Assembly: GCA_965200245.1 (NCBI GenBank) | Contig: CBDATS010000004.1 | Location: forward strand, 96,001 to 160,000 | Direction of reading: 5' to 3' | Source: a bacterium | Lineage (GTDB): Bacteria; UBA8248 | DNA: 64,000 nucleotides | Made by a program: the position numbers and the translations under genes | Part shown: one piece after another, positions 1 through 9,952 of the stretch | How the letters are laid out: every line of letters begins with the position of its first letter | Numbering within the stretch: the first letter of the stretch is position 1 | Notes under the pieces: model-generated | What the model saw: only the letters and a program-made list of their open reading frames with translations | Databases searched by the model: none | What the model was told of the DNA's origin: nothing

Positions 1-167
1 CCGCCCAGCATCAAGAACGTGCCGTGCAGGATGTTGAGGATGTTCATCACACCCCAGACGAGCGAAAAACCGACCGCTATGCAGGCGTATATGCCCCCCA
101 GCAGAATGCTGTTAATCAGGATCTGGGCGTAAACCATGTTTCCCACCCACGGGCTTTTCGCACGACG

Positions 168-1223
168 CTAGGTGATGATCTCCCACTCGCTGGAATACCT
201 GTCAAGTTGCGCCGCGCTGTATGGATCCACGTGATGCTCACGTTCTGGAATCTCGATGTTTTTTTCTTCCCCGCACAAGGCGGTGGTGAAATAGCGCTGT
301 CCCGTGTCGTTGATGTTCGTGACGATGTTTTGCAGTTCAGGATGCCTGCGGGCCAGCTTGAGGGCGGCCATCACGTTGCAGCCCGAGGAGATGCCGCAGA
401 AAACCCCCTCCTCTCGCGTGAGGCGCCGCGCCATCTCGATCGACTCCTCCGTCGTCGTCGTCACGATGCCCGTAAGCTGGGAGAGGTCGAGCGCCCTGGG
501 CACGAAGCCGTCTCCGATGCCCTCGATGCCGTGCGGTCCCCAGCCCCTTTGGCTCAGGAGCGGGCACTCTTCGGGCTCCACAGCGTATAGTTTTACGTCG
601 GGGTTGTCCTCGCGAAGGAATTTCCCCACGCCGCTCACCCAGCCGCCCGTTCCCTGCGATGCAACGACGGCGTCGACGCGCCCATCCAGTTGCTCGTGAA
701 TCTCGGGCCCCGTCGTGAGATAGTGCGCCTCGTTGTTGTCCAGGTTGTCGAACTGGGCGGGAACCCAGTATTGCTCCGGCGAAGCCGAGCGGATTTCCTC
801 GAGTTTTTCGAGTGCGAGATCGACGTCGCTCTCCCCGCCCGGCGTAAATACCAGGTCCGCCCCGTAGGCGCGCATGAGCTTTTTGCGCTCATCGCTCATC
901 CCTTCGGGCATGACAACGACGCAAGGGTAGCCTTTCACCGCGGATACGAATGAACACGCGATGCCTGCATTGCCGGTGGAACATTCGAGCACCGTCATAC
1001 CTGATCTCAAGTCGCCGCGCTCCTCCGCTTTCAGGAGCATGTTGTAGTAGATGCGATCCTTGAGGCTGCCAGAGGGCGAATACCATTCGAGCTTTACGTA
1101 GATATCCGGCACCACATCCGCCGCCACCCTGTTCAAGCGAATCAGGGGCGTAGCCCCGATGGCGTCAAAAATGTTTTCCGAATAGCGTCTGTAGGAATCC
1201 CAATCTCTTCTTTGAATGCCCAT
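168..1223 (-). CDS. PLP-dependent cysteine synthase family protein (paralogue 2)
   Basis: IGATPLIRL, SPSGSLKDR (PLP lysine), STGNAG loop, GTGG, HGIEGIG, GISSG motifs. Confidence 0.9.
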   Translation of the reverse strand: MGIQRRDWDSYRRYSENIFDAIGATPLIRLNRVAADVVPDIYVKLEWYSPSGSLKDRIYYNMLLKAEERGDLRSGMTVLECSTGNAGIACSFVSAVKGYPCVVVMPEGMSDERKKLMRAYGADLVFTPGGESDVDLALEKLEEIRSASPEQYWVPAQFDNLDNNEAHYLTTGPEIHEQLDGRVDAVVASQGTGGWVSGVGKFLREDNPDVKLYAVEPEECPLLSQRGWGPHGIEGIGDGFVPRALDLSQLTGIVTTTTEESIEMARRLTREEGVFCGISSGCNVMAALKLARRHPELQNIVTNINDTGQRYFTTALCGEEKNIEIPEREHHVDPYSAAQLDRYSSEWEIIT

Positions 1224-1253
1224 CTCATCTGCCCTGGAAAGAAGGGGAAAACC

Positions 1254-2306
1254 TCATTCGATGATTTCCCATGAGGCCCTGAATTTCTGGAGCATCACCT
1301 CCCTGTCTCCTTCGACGACATCCTGGAGTGCCGCCTCCATCTCCGATTCATCATGGCAAAGCGGGGTGGAGAAGTAACGCTGTCCCGAGTCCCCGAAAAT
1401 GGTGACGATTCGACCGACCTCGGGGTAGGATCGTGCGAATTTTATCGCTGCCGCCAGATTGCAGCCCGAGGATATCCCGCAGAAAAGCCCCTCCTCACGC
1501 GAGGCGCGTCTCGCTATGCGGAGCGATTCTTCGGTCGAAGCTGTGATGATGCCGTCGATGATGGATAGATCCAGAATGTTGGGAATCAGACCGTCTCCGA
1601 TTCCCGCGATGCCGTGCCCGCAACATATGCCCTCGCTGATCAAGGGTGATTCCGTTGGCTCCACGCCATATATCTTGAGATTCGGGTTTTTCTCCCTCAA
1701 ATATCGCCCCACGCCCGTGAGCCAGCCGCCCGTGCCTACAGCAGCAATGAGCGCGTCCACATCGCCATCCAGTTGCTCCCAGATTTCCGGACCCGAAGTG
1801 GTGTAGTGCGTGTCCACGTTGTCCATGTTCTCGAATTCGGCGGGAACCCAGTATTTTTCGGAGTCGCTCGCGGCCATTTCCTTCATGCGAGCGAGCGCAA
1901 CGTCCACATCGCTCTCTCCACCCGGGGTGGTAATGAGTTCGGCACCAAAGGCGCGAATCATCTTCTTTCGCTCGGGGCTCATCAACTCCGGCATCACGAT
2001 AATGCACGGATAGCCCCTGACCGCAGCAGCAGCCGCGCAGGCGATGCCCGCACTGCCGGACGAGCACTCCAGGATCACCTTTCCGGGCACAAGATCCCCG
2101 CGCGCCTCTGCACGGGAGATCATCTGTTCATAAATACGATCCTTGAGGCTGCCCGTGGGGGAATACCACTCGATCTTGGCGAAAATTTCAGGCCGAAGTC
2201 CCTGCGTGATTCGTCCCAGCTTCACCAAAGGGGTGAAACCCACCGCGTCGAAAATCGTCTCCGAAGCCGAAGACAGGCTGTCCCATTTTCTCGATGTTGC
2301 CTGCAT
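1254..2306 (-). CDS. PLP-dependent cysteine synthase family protein (paralogue 1)
   Basis: VGFTPLVKL, SPTGSLKDR, SSGSAG, GTGGW, GISSG; collinear with 168..1223. Confidence 0.9.
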   Translation of the reverse strand: MQATSRKWDSLSSASETIFDAVGFTPLVKLGRITQGLRPEIFAKIEWYSPTGSLKDRIYEQMISRAEARGDLVPGKVILECSSGSAGIACAAAAAVRGYPCIIVMPELMSPERKKMIRAFGAELITTPGGESDVDVALARMKEMAASDSEKYWVPAEFENMDNVDTHYTTSGPEIWEQLDGDVDALIAAVGTGGWLTGVGRYLREKNPNLKIYGVEPTESPLISEGICCGHGIAGIGDGLIPNILDLSIIDGIITASTEESLRIARRASREEGLFCGISSGCNLAAAIKFARSYPEVGRIVTIFGDSGQRYFSTPLCHDESEMEAALQDVVEGDREVMLQKFRASWEIIE

Positions 2307-2343
2307 CGTTCTGCTCCCGTGCGCGGCGCGTGACTGAACCGAT

Positions 2344-3300
2344 CTACATCGATCGCAGACGGGGGATAATTTCCTTCGCCACGATTTCCACCTGTTCCAT
2401 CCGGTATTTGTAGGGAACGAAAATGAGCCGGTTCACCCCGGTCTCGACATGGGCCTGAAGTTGCGCCACGCATTCATCCACATTTCCCATAATGGCGCTC
2501 TTCGCCGTGGACTCGCTCCAGGAGGCGTAGTCCCACTCGGTGTGAAGCCATTTGTTCATCGGCCCTTCGACGTCCGCGCGCGAGTCGCCCACCATGATGG
2601 GCAGCTGGTTCGTGCTCTCGAGCACAGCGGGGTCGCGCCCGGCTTCCTCGGCGAAGCGACACACCTTCTCCCAGGATTTCGTGAAACTCTCGGGCGTGTA
2701 GAAATAGGTGAGCCAGCCATCACCCTTCTCTCCCGCGCGTCTGAGCACGCGATCGACGTAGCCTCCGATGAGGATGCTCGGCCTCGGGCTTTGCACGGGT
2801 TTCGGGAACATGACGGAGTTTCTGAGATTGTAGGGGCCGTATTCGGCGCGAACCATGTCTTCCGTCCAGAGCCTCGTGATGATCTCGATGTTCTGATCCA
2901 TGATGTTGCCGCGCTTTTCGAAAGGCACGCCCACCGCATCGAACTCGCGCTTGTACCAGCCCGACGCCATGCCGACGATGAGGCGGCCGTTCGATATCTG
3001 GTCGATGCTGGACAGTTGTTTCGCCGCGACGAGTGGATTCCTGAGCGGCAAGACGAGCACGCCCGTGCCGAGCTTGATCCTGCTCGTGCGCGCGGCCACG
3101 GCCGTCAGGAGTGTCAACGACTCGATGATGGGAAAGTGCGGCTCCACGCCAAGAAGAATATGATCCCACACCCACAGGGACTCGAAGTCCAACTCCTCCA
3201 GGGCAACACCGTATTCGATGAGTGCCGCCGCGCCGGGAAGTTCGGGATACGCGGTGAAATTCCGCATGGCGATTCCGTACTTGACATCTTGTCCTGACAT
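2344..3300 (-). CDS. LLM class flavin/F420-dependent oxidoreductase
   Basis: SLWVWDH, RIKLGTGVLVLPLRNP, DQISNGR, PKPVQSPRP motifs. Confidence 0.9.
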   Translation of the reverse strand: MSGQDVKYGIAMRNFTAYPELPGAAALIEYGVALEELDFESLWVWDHILLGVEPHFPIIESLTLLTAVAARTSRIKLGTGVLVLPLRNPLVAAKQLSSIDQISNGRLIVGMASGWYKREFDAVGVPFEKRGNIMDQNIEIITRLWTEDMVRAEYGPYNLRNSVMFPKPVQSPRPSILIGGYVDRVLRRAGEKGDGWLTYFYTPESFTKSWEKVCRFAEEAGRDPAVLESTNQLPIMVGDSRADVEGPMNKWLHTEWDYASWSESTAKSAIMGNVDECVAQLQAHVETGVNRLIFVPYKYRMEQVEIVAKEIIPRLRSM

Positions 3301-3316
3301 GTCGGTTCCCTCGGTA

Positions 3317-4585
3317 TTATTCCGCTCCGCACCAATCCAGAATGGCGAGAGCCAGGGTTTTCGTCGCGTCGATTACGTCCTCCACCGCCACCCACTCGTT
3401 GTTCGCGTGCATTTGTGTAGTGGGGCCCGGGCCGAAGATCACCGTCGGGATGCCGGCGAAACCGTTGAGAAAACGCGTATCCGCCGCTCCCTGGCGCCCG
3501 GAAATCTCAGGGGTGTTGCCCGAGACTTCCCGGTAGGCATTCGCCACCGTCTTCACAATGGGATGATCGGCTTCTACCGCTGCTGACTCGGCATAATAGC
3601 CCACGAAACGTACATCCGGGGGATGATCCCTCATCCAGGGATCTTTCGCCGCCGCCTGCGCCACCTGATCAACCAGGCTCTGTTTGGCCGCGTCGTGATC
3701 CTCGCCGGGTACCGTGGCGAGACTTCCCTTTAGCACGCAGGTATCCGGGAAAGCACTCGGGAAGCTGCCCGCCTCCATCGATCCGACCATGCATGGAATC
3801 GCGTCGATGATTTTGGGATACAGCGGATGGGATACGGTTTCGAGGCGTTTTTTCTCGAGATCAGCCACCGCCTGTACGATCTTGTAGCCCAGGTCGATGG
3901 CGTTCACGCCCTCATATCTCCGTTGAATGCCCGCCGCCTTTCCGCATACCAGTATCTCGAACCAGATCCTGCCGATGCAGCCGGGCTGAACGGCGTTTCC
4001 GCTCGTCTCGCAGCAAATCCCCGCATCCGCCGTGTAACCGCGCAAAATGGTGTCGAGCGTGCCGTGGCCGCTCAGTTCCTCATCCACAACGAAATCGAGA
4101 ATCACGTCTCCCCTGGGCTTGAGCCCTGCCGCCATGAAGCATTTCGCCGCCATGATGATGGCCGCCACCCCGCTTTTCATGTCCGAGGCGCCACGCCCAT
4201 AGAGGCGGCCGCCCGCGATGTCTGCGGAGAGCGGCCCATGTTCCCAGGCGTCGAGCGGGCCATTGGGTACGGTATCGGTGTGGCCGTTCATCAGGAGCGA
4301 CCTGCCTCCGCCCGAGCCCTTCAGCACGCCGACCACGTTGGGTCTTCCCTCGTAGCCTCTGGTGACAGGCACGTATTCAGGATGTTTTTTGAGTTCCTCC
4401 CAGTCCGATTCCCATACGTCGACCTCGATGTTCATCTCGCGCAAAAAATCGGCGATATAGGCCTGGATTTCTCCCTCATCACCCGTCACGCTCGGAATCT
4501 GAACGAGTCTGGTGAGCAGGGTGATTATCTCGTCCCGATGGGCGTCAACCTGTTGAAGAATCTTTTCTTTTTGCTCGGTGCTCAT
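3317..4585 (-). CDS. M20 family (ArgE/DapE-like) deacylase
   Basis: NGHTDTVP, GRGASDMKSG, VDEE, HANNE metal-binding motifs. Confidence 0.9.
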   Translation of the reverse strand: MSTEQKEKILQQVDAHRDEIITLLTRLVQIPSVTGDEGEIQAYIADFLREMNIEVDVWESDWEELKKHPEYVPVTRGYEGRPNVVGVLKGSGGGRSLLMNGHTDTVPNGPLDAWEHGPLSADIAGGRLYGRGASDMKSGVAAIIMAAKCFMAAGLKPRGDVILDFVVDEELSGHGTLDTILRGYTADAGICCETSGNAVQPGCIGRIWFEILVCGKAAGIQRRYEGVNAIDLGYKIVQAVADLEKKRLETVSHPLYPKIIDAIPCMVGSMEAGSFPSAFPDTCVLKGSLATVPGEDHDAAKQSLVDQVAQAAAKDPWMRDHPPDVRFVGYYAESAAVEADHPIVKTVANAYREVSGNTPEISGRQGAADTRFLNGFAGIPTVIFGPGPTTQMHANNEWVAVEDVIDATKTLALAILDWCGAE

Positions 4586-4600
4586 GGCGACTCCATTTGC

Positions 4601-5374
4601 TTATGCGGTGTAAACCTTGTCCGGGTCCAGCTTGCGAAGCGTGGCCAACTCCTCCGCTGTGGGCGGCTCGGTGGCCGGAATGGAGGAACCCATGATGAGT
4701 TCGAAGCCCGTGTTCTCCTGCACCTGTTCGGGCGTAACGCCCGGGTGCAGGGCCTCGACGCACATCCTGCCCGTATCCTCATCGAATCCAAGAATCGCGA
4801 GATCCGTGACAACCCGGTACATACCGCCTGCTATCAGTCCCGAATCGCGTCTCGACGTTCCGCCCCGGATGTAGCCCGGACTTGTAATGAAATCCACGTT
4901 CTCCACGAACCGGCGCTTCTCCTGCGGCATTGCTACGATCATCCTGGTGAGACTCGAAATGTCGTTCCCCCCGCCCGTGCCGGGCAACCGAACGGAGGGA
5001 TCGTCCGCGCTCCCGATGAAGGAACTGTTCAGGTTGCCGTACTGATCGATTTGAGCACCCCCCATAAAGCCCACATCCACGTAGCCGCGCTGAAGCAGGA
5101 GCAGCACCTCGGTGATGCTCACCAGCATGTTCGCCTTTCGCGTGCAGCGCTGTTCGTTCGTGGTGGGCGGAAGCTGGCCGGGCACGACGTGCGGACCGAT
5201 CGTTCCACCCTCGAAGAGAATTGTCACACCGGGCGCATGGAGGCGCTGTGCCAGCGTGGCGGCCAGAAGCGGAATCCCCACGCCCGCGAAAACCACCTGC
5301 CCGTCTTCGAGCACGCGGGCGCTCATGACGCACAGAAGCTCGGACGCCGTGAAGTCTTTCGTCTCAGTCGTCAT
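4601..5374 (-). CDS. CoA-transferase subunit B (glutaconate/3-oxoacid CoA-transferase-like)
   Basis: FAGVGIP, LFEGG, GAQIDQYGNLNS, RLPGTGGGND; ATG at 5374 overlaps the subunit A stop. Confidence 0.88.
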   Translation of the reverse strand: MTTETKDFTASELLCVMSARVLEDGQVVFAGVGIPLLAATLAQRLHAPGVTILFEGGTIGPHVVPGQLPPTTNEQRCTRKANMLVSITEVLLLLQRGYVDVGFMGGAQIDQYGNLNSSFIGSADDPSVRLPGTGGGNDISSLTRMIVAMPQEKRRFVENVDFITSPGYIRGGTSRRDSGLIAGGMYRVVTDLAILGFDEDTGRMCVEALHPGVTPEQVQENTGFELIMGSSIPATEPPTAEELATLRKLDPDKVYTA

Positions 5375-6329
5375 AAATGCTCCTCCCCCTGCGGGCCGCA
5401 TCCAACAGCTTCTCCAGGCCGATGAGATTCAGATATTCTGTCCAGTTCCGAGGTGCGTAGCAGTATTCATCCAGATACGCCTTCACGCCCTCTATCGGTT
5501 TTTTTCTCGTGAGTTCGGCGTAATAATCCATATGCGAGAACAAGGGCTCATAGACGCCGAAGCATTCATGCGGCGCGCAGCCGTAGGGAGCCTCCACCAC
5601 CGCGTCAACGGTGAAGAAAGGGATTCTCGTCTGATCCGGCCTTCTGCGAATCTGATCGTTCGAGATAATGCGCTCGGTGGTGAGGATGACGCGGTTCGCC
5701 GCCATCGCCATATCGATGTCCATGAACGTGAGACCGTCGAGTTGCGCGTTGCCGTACGGGTCGCAACGCTGCACGTGGATCAGCGCCACGTCGGGATTGA
5801 GAGCCGGAACGAGAAGAATCTTCTCGCCCGTGAACGGACACGACATCTCTTCCAGGTTATCGAGTCTGCCCGCCACGTCCGAACCCATCATCGAGCGCAT
5901 CGGCATGAACGGAACGCCCATGGCTCCCGCCCGGAAGCGCAGACCGATGGACATGTGGCTCCACTCCTCGAAGCGCGCCAGTTGGTTCTCGGTAAAATGG
6001 CGCATCACGCGTGAAACACCCCAGACGATTCCCTGACTGAACCAACTCGTGAGAATGTGATTCCCGATACCCGAGGCGAAGATGAGATCGCCTTCGGTGG
6101 AGACGATACTTCGAGAGAAGGAGAGGTTTTTCTTCCTCGCGCGTATGAGCGCCCAAATCATGGCGAAAGGGGTTCTCGAAGCCGTGGAACCACCCATGCT
6201 GACGTGATCGCCATCATTCACGAAATCGCACGCTTCCTCGAGCGTCATCACCTTCTCTCTCAGGCTTCGATCCCTTGCCTGGGTCCGGTCTCTGAGCGAA
6301 AGATATTCTTGCGTCACGTTTTTCTCCAT
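5364..6329 (-). CDS. CoA-transferase subunit A
   Basis: RFRAGAMGVPFMP, PALNPDVALIHVQRCDPYGNA; start approximate. Confidence 0.88.
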   Translation of the reverse strand: MEKNVTQEYLSLRDRTQARDRSLREKVMTLEEACDFVNDGDHVSMGGSTASRTPFAMIWALIRARKKNLSFSRSIVSTEGDLIFASGIGNHILTSWFSQGIVWGVSRVMRHFTENQLARFEEWSHMSIGLRFRAGAMGVPFMPMRSMMGSDVAGRLDNLEEMSCPFTGEKILLVPALNPDVALIHVQRCDPYGNAQLDGLTFMDIDMAMAANRVILTTERIISNDQIRRRPDQTRIPFFTVDAVVEAPYGCAPHECFGVYEPLFSHMDYYAELTRKKPIEGVKAYLDEYCYAPRNWTEYLNLIGLEKLLDAARRGRSIYDD

Positions 6330-6640
6330 CACGCCGGGAACCGGGATTCTCCCCGTGTAACGACGCGCTGAAAGCACCATCCCGAATGCCGAAAAACAAA
6401 AACTCTCCATTCGCAGATTAAACGCAAGACACCGGATTCGCAACAGGAAAAATCAGAATCGAATCTATTGAATAATTTAATGAATATTCCGTATGATATT
6501 TTTCCAGTTTCAGGGTTCCAAGCAAATTGTTGCACATATCGGGAGATACCGAGAAGGAACAAAGCCGGAATCGGCCTTCATATCATCAAAATTCGCAATA
6601 TGATGACAACTGCCGCGGCAAATGATTTCGCGAGGTTTTC

Positions 6641-7529
6641 ATGCTCAACCTGAGACAACTCGAGTATTTCTACCATGTGGCAAAACACGGCGGCTTCACC
6701 CGCGCGGCGAAACGGCTGCCCTTTCCCATCCAGCAACCCGCCCTCAGCATCCGGGTGAAGGCGCTCGAAACGGATCTCGGGGTAAAGCTTTACCGGATCG
6801 TGGTCCGCAAATTTCACCTGACGCCAAGTGGCGAATATCTCTTTGACACTGTCAAACCTTTTTTCGACTCCCTGGAGACCGTCGAACGGCATCTGCGTGG
6901 GGAAACCGCACGGGCGACTCGTCGTGGCCGAGGCAGCACCCATGCTGATCCTGAAGGGTCACAAGGCTGCGTTCCTCAAGTTTCGGGAACGCTACCCGAA
7001 CGTCCGGATATTCGTGCTGGAGAGAAACTGGACGAATCTGCTCGAATACGTCTCGGAAGGCACAGTCGATTTCGCATTCGGCTCGGCACCCGAGACGCGG
7101 GGGAATTTCTCTTTCGAGGAGTGGACAGAGACGGACTATCTCCTGTTGTGTCCCGAGGGACACGCCGTCCTGAAGGAGAAAGAAATCGCACTCGAAAGCA
7201 TCGCGGACCATCCTCTCATCCTGCTCGAACGAGGCACGGCGGACCGACAGCATGTCGAGCACACCTTCGAGAAGGAAGGTTTGTCTATCGATGTCGTCTT
7301 CGAGACTTCCTCCTACAGTCTGATCAACGAAGCCGTGCTGAACAGGGCGGGCATTGCCGTTGTCAACGCGCTCTGGCCCCGGCCCGAGTCCGCAACGAGA
7401 TGTGAAACCGCCAACACATCCCACCTGTTCGGAAAAAAGCGCATTGGCCTGTTCCGGCGAAACGACGTCTACCTCCCCCCCTACACCGGTGATTACCTCG
7501 TCATGCTCAGAGAAACCCTGATGGCGTAA
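6641..7529 (+). pseudogene. LysR family regulator with a +1 frameshift near 6900
   Basis: HTH MLNLRQLEYF..QPALSIRVKALE in one frame; substrate-binding domain GRLVVAEAAP..VDFAF in the next frame; switch at CGTGGGGAAACC. Confidence 0.8.
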
Positions 7530-7587
7530 CAATTGCACCCCGCACTGTGCTTTTGACGCTCCCTGCCCCATTTGTCATCATACGCGC

Positions 7588-8937
7588 ATGAATGTTCACG
7601 ATCTGAAAAGCTGGCTCGCCCGCCTCGACGAACGGGGTTCGCTCAAGCGCGTATCGCGCAGCGTATCCCTGCGCCATGAACTCGCCGCTCATTCCCAGAA
7701 TGCGGACGGCGATACCGCACTCCTCTTCGAGCGGACCGACGGCCCGCCGGTGCCCGTCGCCGCCAATATCGCCTGCAGAAGAGAATGGTACGCCGACGCC
7801 ATGAGAGTCGCACCCGAAGAGTTGCTCCGCGAGGTTCAGCGCAGACAGGAAATCAAGATGAAACCGCACACGGTCGCGGATGCGCCGTTTCTCCATAACG
7901 TCATCACGAAGAATATCGACGTTCAGAAAATCCTTCCTCTCCCCGTTTATCATGAACTGGACGGAGGCCCCTACATTTCCGCAGGGGTTTTTGTCGCACA
8001 GGATCCCGATTCCGGCACAGGCAACGTATCAATCCACAGGATGCACGCCCTGGAACCCGACCTCTTCGGCCTACTCGTTCTGCCACGTCATCTGAAGGGG
8101 ATGATCCGGCGTGCCGGGGAACGCGGAGAAACCCTCAAGGCGGCCGTCTGCGTGGGCCTCGACCCCTTGCTCCTGATGGCGAGTCAACTTGTACTCGCAC
8201 CCGGAGAAGACGAACTCGAAGTGGCGGGCGGGCTCAGGGGTCGTGCCGTGGATGTCGCCCCCGCTCCCTGGTCGGGGATTCCCGTGCCAGCGGGCACTGA
8301 AATCGTGATCGAAGGGGAAATTCCGCCGGATGAGCGCAGGCGCGAGGGGCCTTTCGGTGAATTCCCGCGCTATTACAGCCCGGCGGGGGAACGCGAGGTA
8401 TTCCGGGTGAAATCCATCGCCATGCGCGAGGATCCCGTCTTCTATTCCATCGTGGCGGCGGGTTACGACCATCTGCTGATGGGCGCCATTCCCAGAGAGG
8501 CGGGATTACTGCGGGACTTGCAGAAAGCCGTCCCGGCCGTGACAGACGTCGTGCTCCCCCTCTCCGGTGCGGGTCGTTTTCATTGCGTGGTCCAGATACG
8601 GAAAACCAACGAAGGGGAGGCGAAAAGCGCGCTCATGGCAGCGCTCGCCGCACACTACGACGTAAAGCACGCCATCTGCGTGGATCACGACATCAATATT
8701 CACAACCCGGCACAAGTCGACTGGGCACTGGCAACGCGCTTTCAGGCAGACAGAGATTTGTTTGTCGTTCCCGGCGCATGGGGCAGCCGTCTCGACCCCT
8801 CGGCCCGGGACGGCGTGACAGCAAAGATGGGTCTCGATGCCACTGCCCCGCTTGGAGAACTGGAAGGCCACTTCCGTTCTCTCAGAATTCCGGGCGCAGG
8901 GGACGCGGACTTCCAGACCAGACAGACCCGAACCTGA
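7588..8937 (+). CDS. UbiD family prFMN-dependent decarboxylase
   Basis: DGGPYISAG, NVSIHR, EGPFGEF, VDHDINIH, KMGLDAT. Confidence 0.92.
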   Translation: MNVHDLKSWLARLDERGSLKRVSRSVSLRHELAAHSQNADGDTALLFERTDGPPVPVAANIACRREWYADAMRVAPEELLREVQRRQEIKMKPHTVADAPFLHNVITKNIDVQKILPLPVYHELDGGPYISAGVFVAQDPDSGTGNVSIHRMHALEPDLFGLLVLPRHLKGMIRRAGERGETLKAAVCVGLDPLLLMASQLVLAPGEDELEVAGGLRGRAVDVAPAPWSGIPVPAGTEIVIEGEIPPDERRREGPFGEFPRYYSPAGEREVFRVKSIAMREDPVFYSIVAAGYDHLLMGAIPREAGLLRDLQKAVPAVTDVVLPLSGAGRFHCVVQIRKTNEGEAKSALMAALAAHYDVKHAICVDHDINIHNPAQVDWALATRFQADRDLFVVPGAWGSRLDPSARDGVTAKMGLDATAPLGELEGHFRSLRIPGAGDADFQTRQTRT

Positions 8938-8989
8938 ACAAACCTGCCGGTTTCAAAAAGATCCAAGGATGAAACGCCGGGAAACCACC

Positions 8990-9952
8990 CTACTCCAGGT
9001 TCAGATGCGGCAGTACTTCTTCCGTGAAACGATCGAGCTGGCCCATCTGATCACGGTGTGTGAAGCGCAGGGAAATGTGCTCGACTCCCGCATCGATGAA
9101 GGAGTTGATGCGCTCTATGAGGTCTCCTGCGGGACCGTAGGTGCCCCATTTTTCGATGGAATCGCCCCAGAAGGGAGTGTAGTAGTAATCGAGCAGGAAC
9201 GCCTCACCGTTTTTCATGGCCGATTCCTTGTTATCGTCGATGCAGGTCGTCATGTACCATGCGGGTGTTCCCGGATCGCGTCCGTTTTCCTCGGCGAGGC
9301 GGAAAATCTTTTTCCAGGTATTGCGGAATTCCTCGGGCGTTACACGGTTGGGGAACCACCCGTCCCCGTACTTCGCCACCCTTTGCCAAGCGGTGTCCAC
9401 CACGGCAGAAGCTATCCACATGGGTACGGTTTTCTGAATGGGCCTATGTGCAAGCGTCACATTCTCGATCTGGTAATACCGACCCTGATAAGTCACGTTC
9501 TCCTCTGTCCAGAGTCTCCGCATGAGCGTCATGTGCTCCTGCATGTAGAACATGCGCTTTCGGAAAGGCACACCCAGGGTCTCGAACTCATGGACGCATT
9601 CTTGGGGTTTCGGTGGACCGATGCCGACGCCGAGAATCACGCGGCCACCCGAGATGACGTCGAGCGTCGCCACCTGATAGGCAAGAAATACGGGATCTCT
9701 GAGACAGGGTAGGAAAACGGCGGTGCCCAGCTTTACGCGCTCGGTTCTCACGGCCACGGCGGACAGCACGCTGAGCGCTTCGAGCCTCGGCTTGGCGAGC
9801 ACCGAATCGCCTACGAACACCGAATCGTAGCCGAGTTCCTCTGCGCGCGTGGCCAAGTCGATTATGGGGCTGATGTCCGGGACGCCGGCGTTCCAGAGCA
9901 GTACGCCACGCGTGGGGAGAAGGACACCGAGTTTTACCCTTCGCTCGCTCAT
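8990..9952 (-). CDS. LLM class oxidoreductase
   Basis: GYDSVFVGDS, TERVKLGTAV, LDVISGGRVILGVG. Confidence 0.9.
   Translation of the reverse strand: MSERRVKLGVLLPTRGVLLWNAGVPDISPIIDLATRAEELGYDSVFVGDSVLAKPRLEALSVLSAVAVRTERVKLGTAVFLPCLRDPVFLAYQVATLDVISGGRVILGVGIGPPKPQECVHEFETLGVPFRKRMFYMQEHMTLMRRLWTEENVTYQGRYYQIENVTLAHRPIQKTVPMWIASAVVDTAWQRVAKYGDGWFPNRVTPEEFRNTWKKIFRLAEENGRDPGTPAWYMTTCIDDNKESAMKNGEAFLLDYYYTPFWGDSIEKWGTYGPAGDLIERINSFIDAGVEHISLRFTHRDQMGQLDRFTEEVLPHLNLE

Noticed and set aside
6898-6906. Programmed -1 frameshift at GGGAAAC
   Set aside because: The required shift is +1 and the heptamer is out of phase with the upstream frame.
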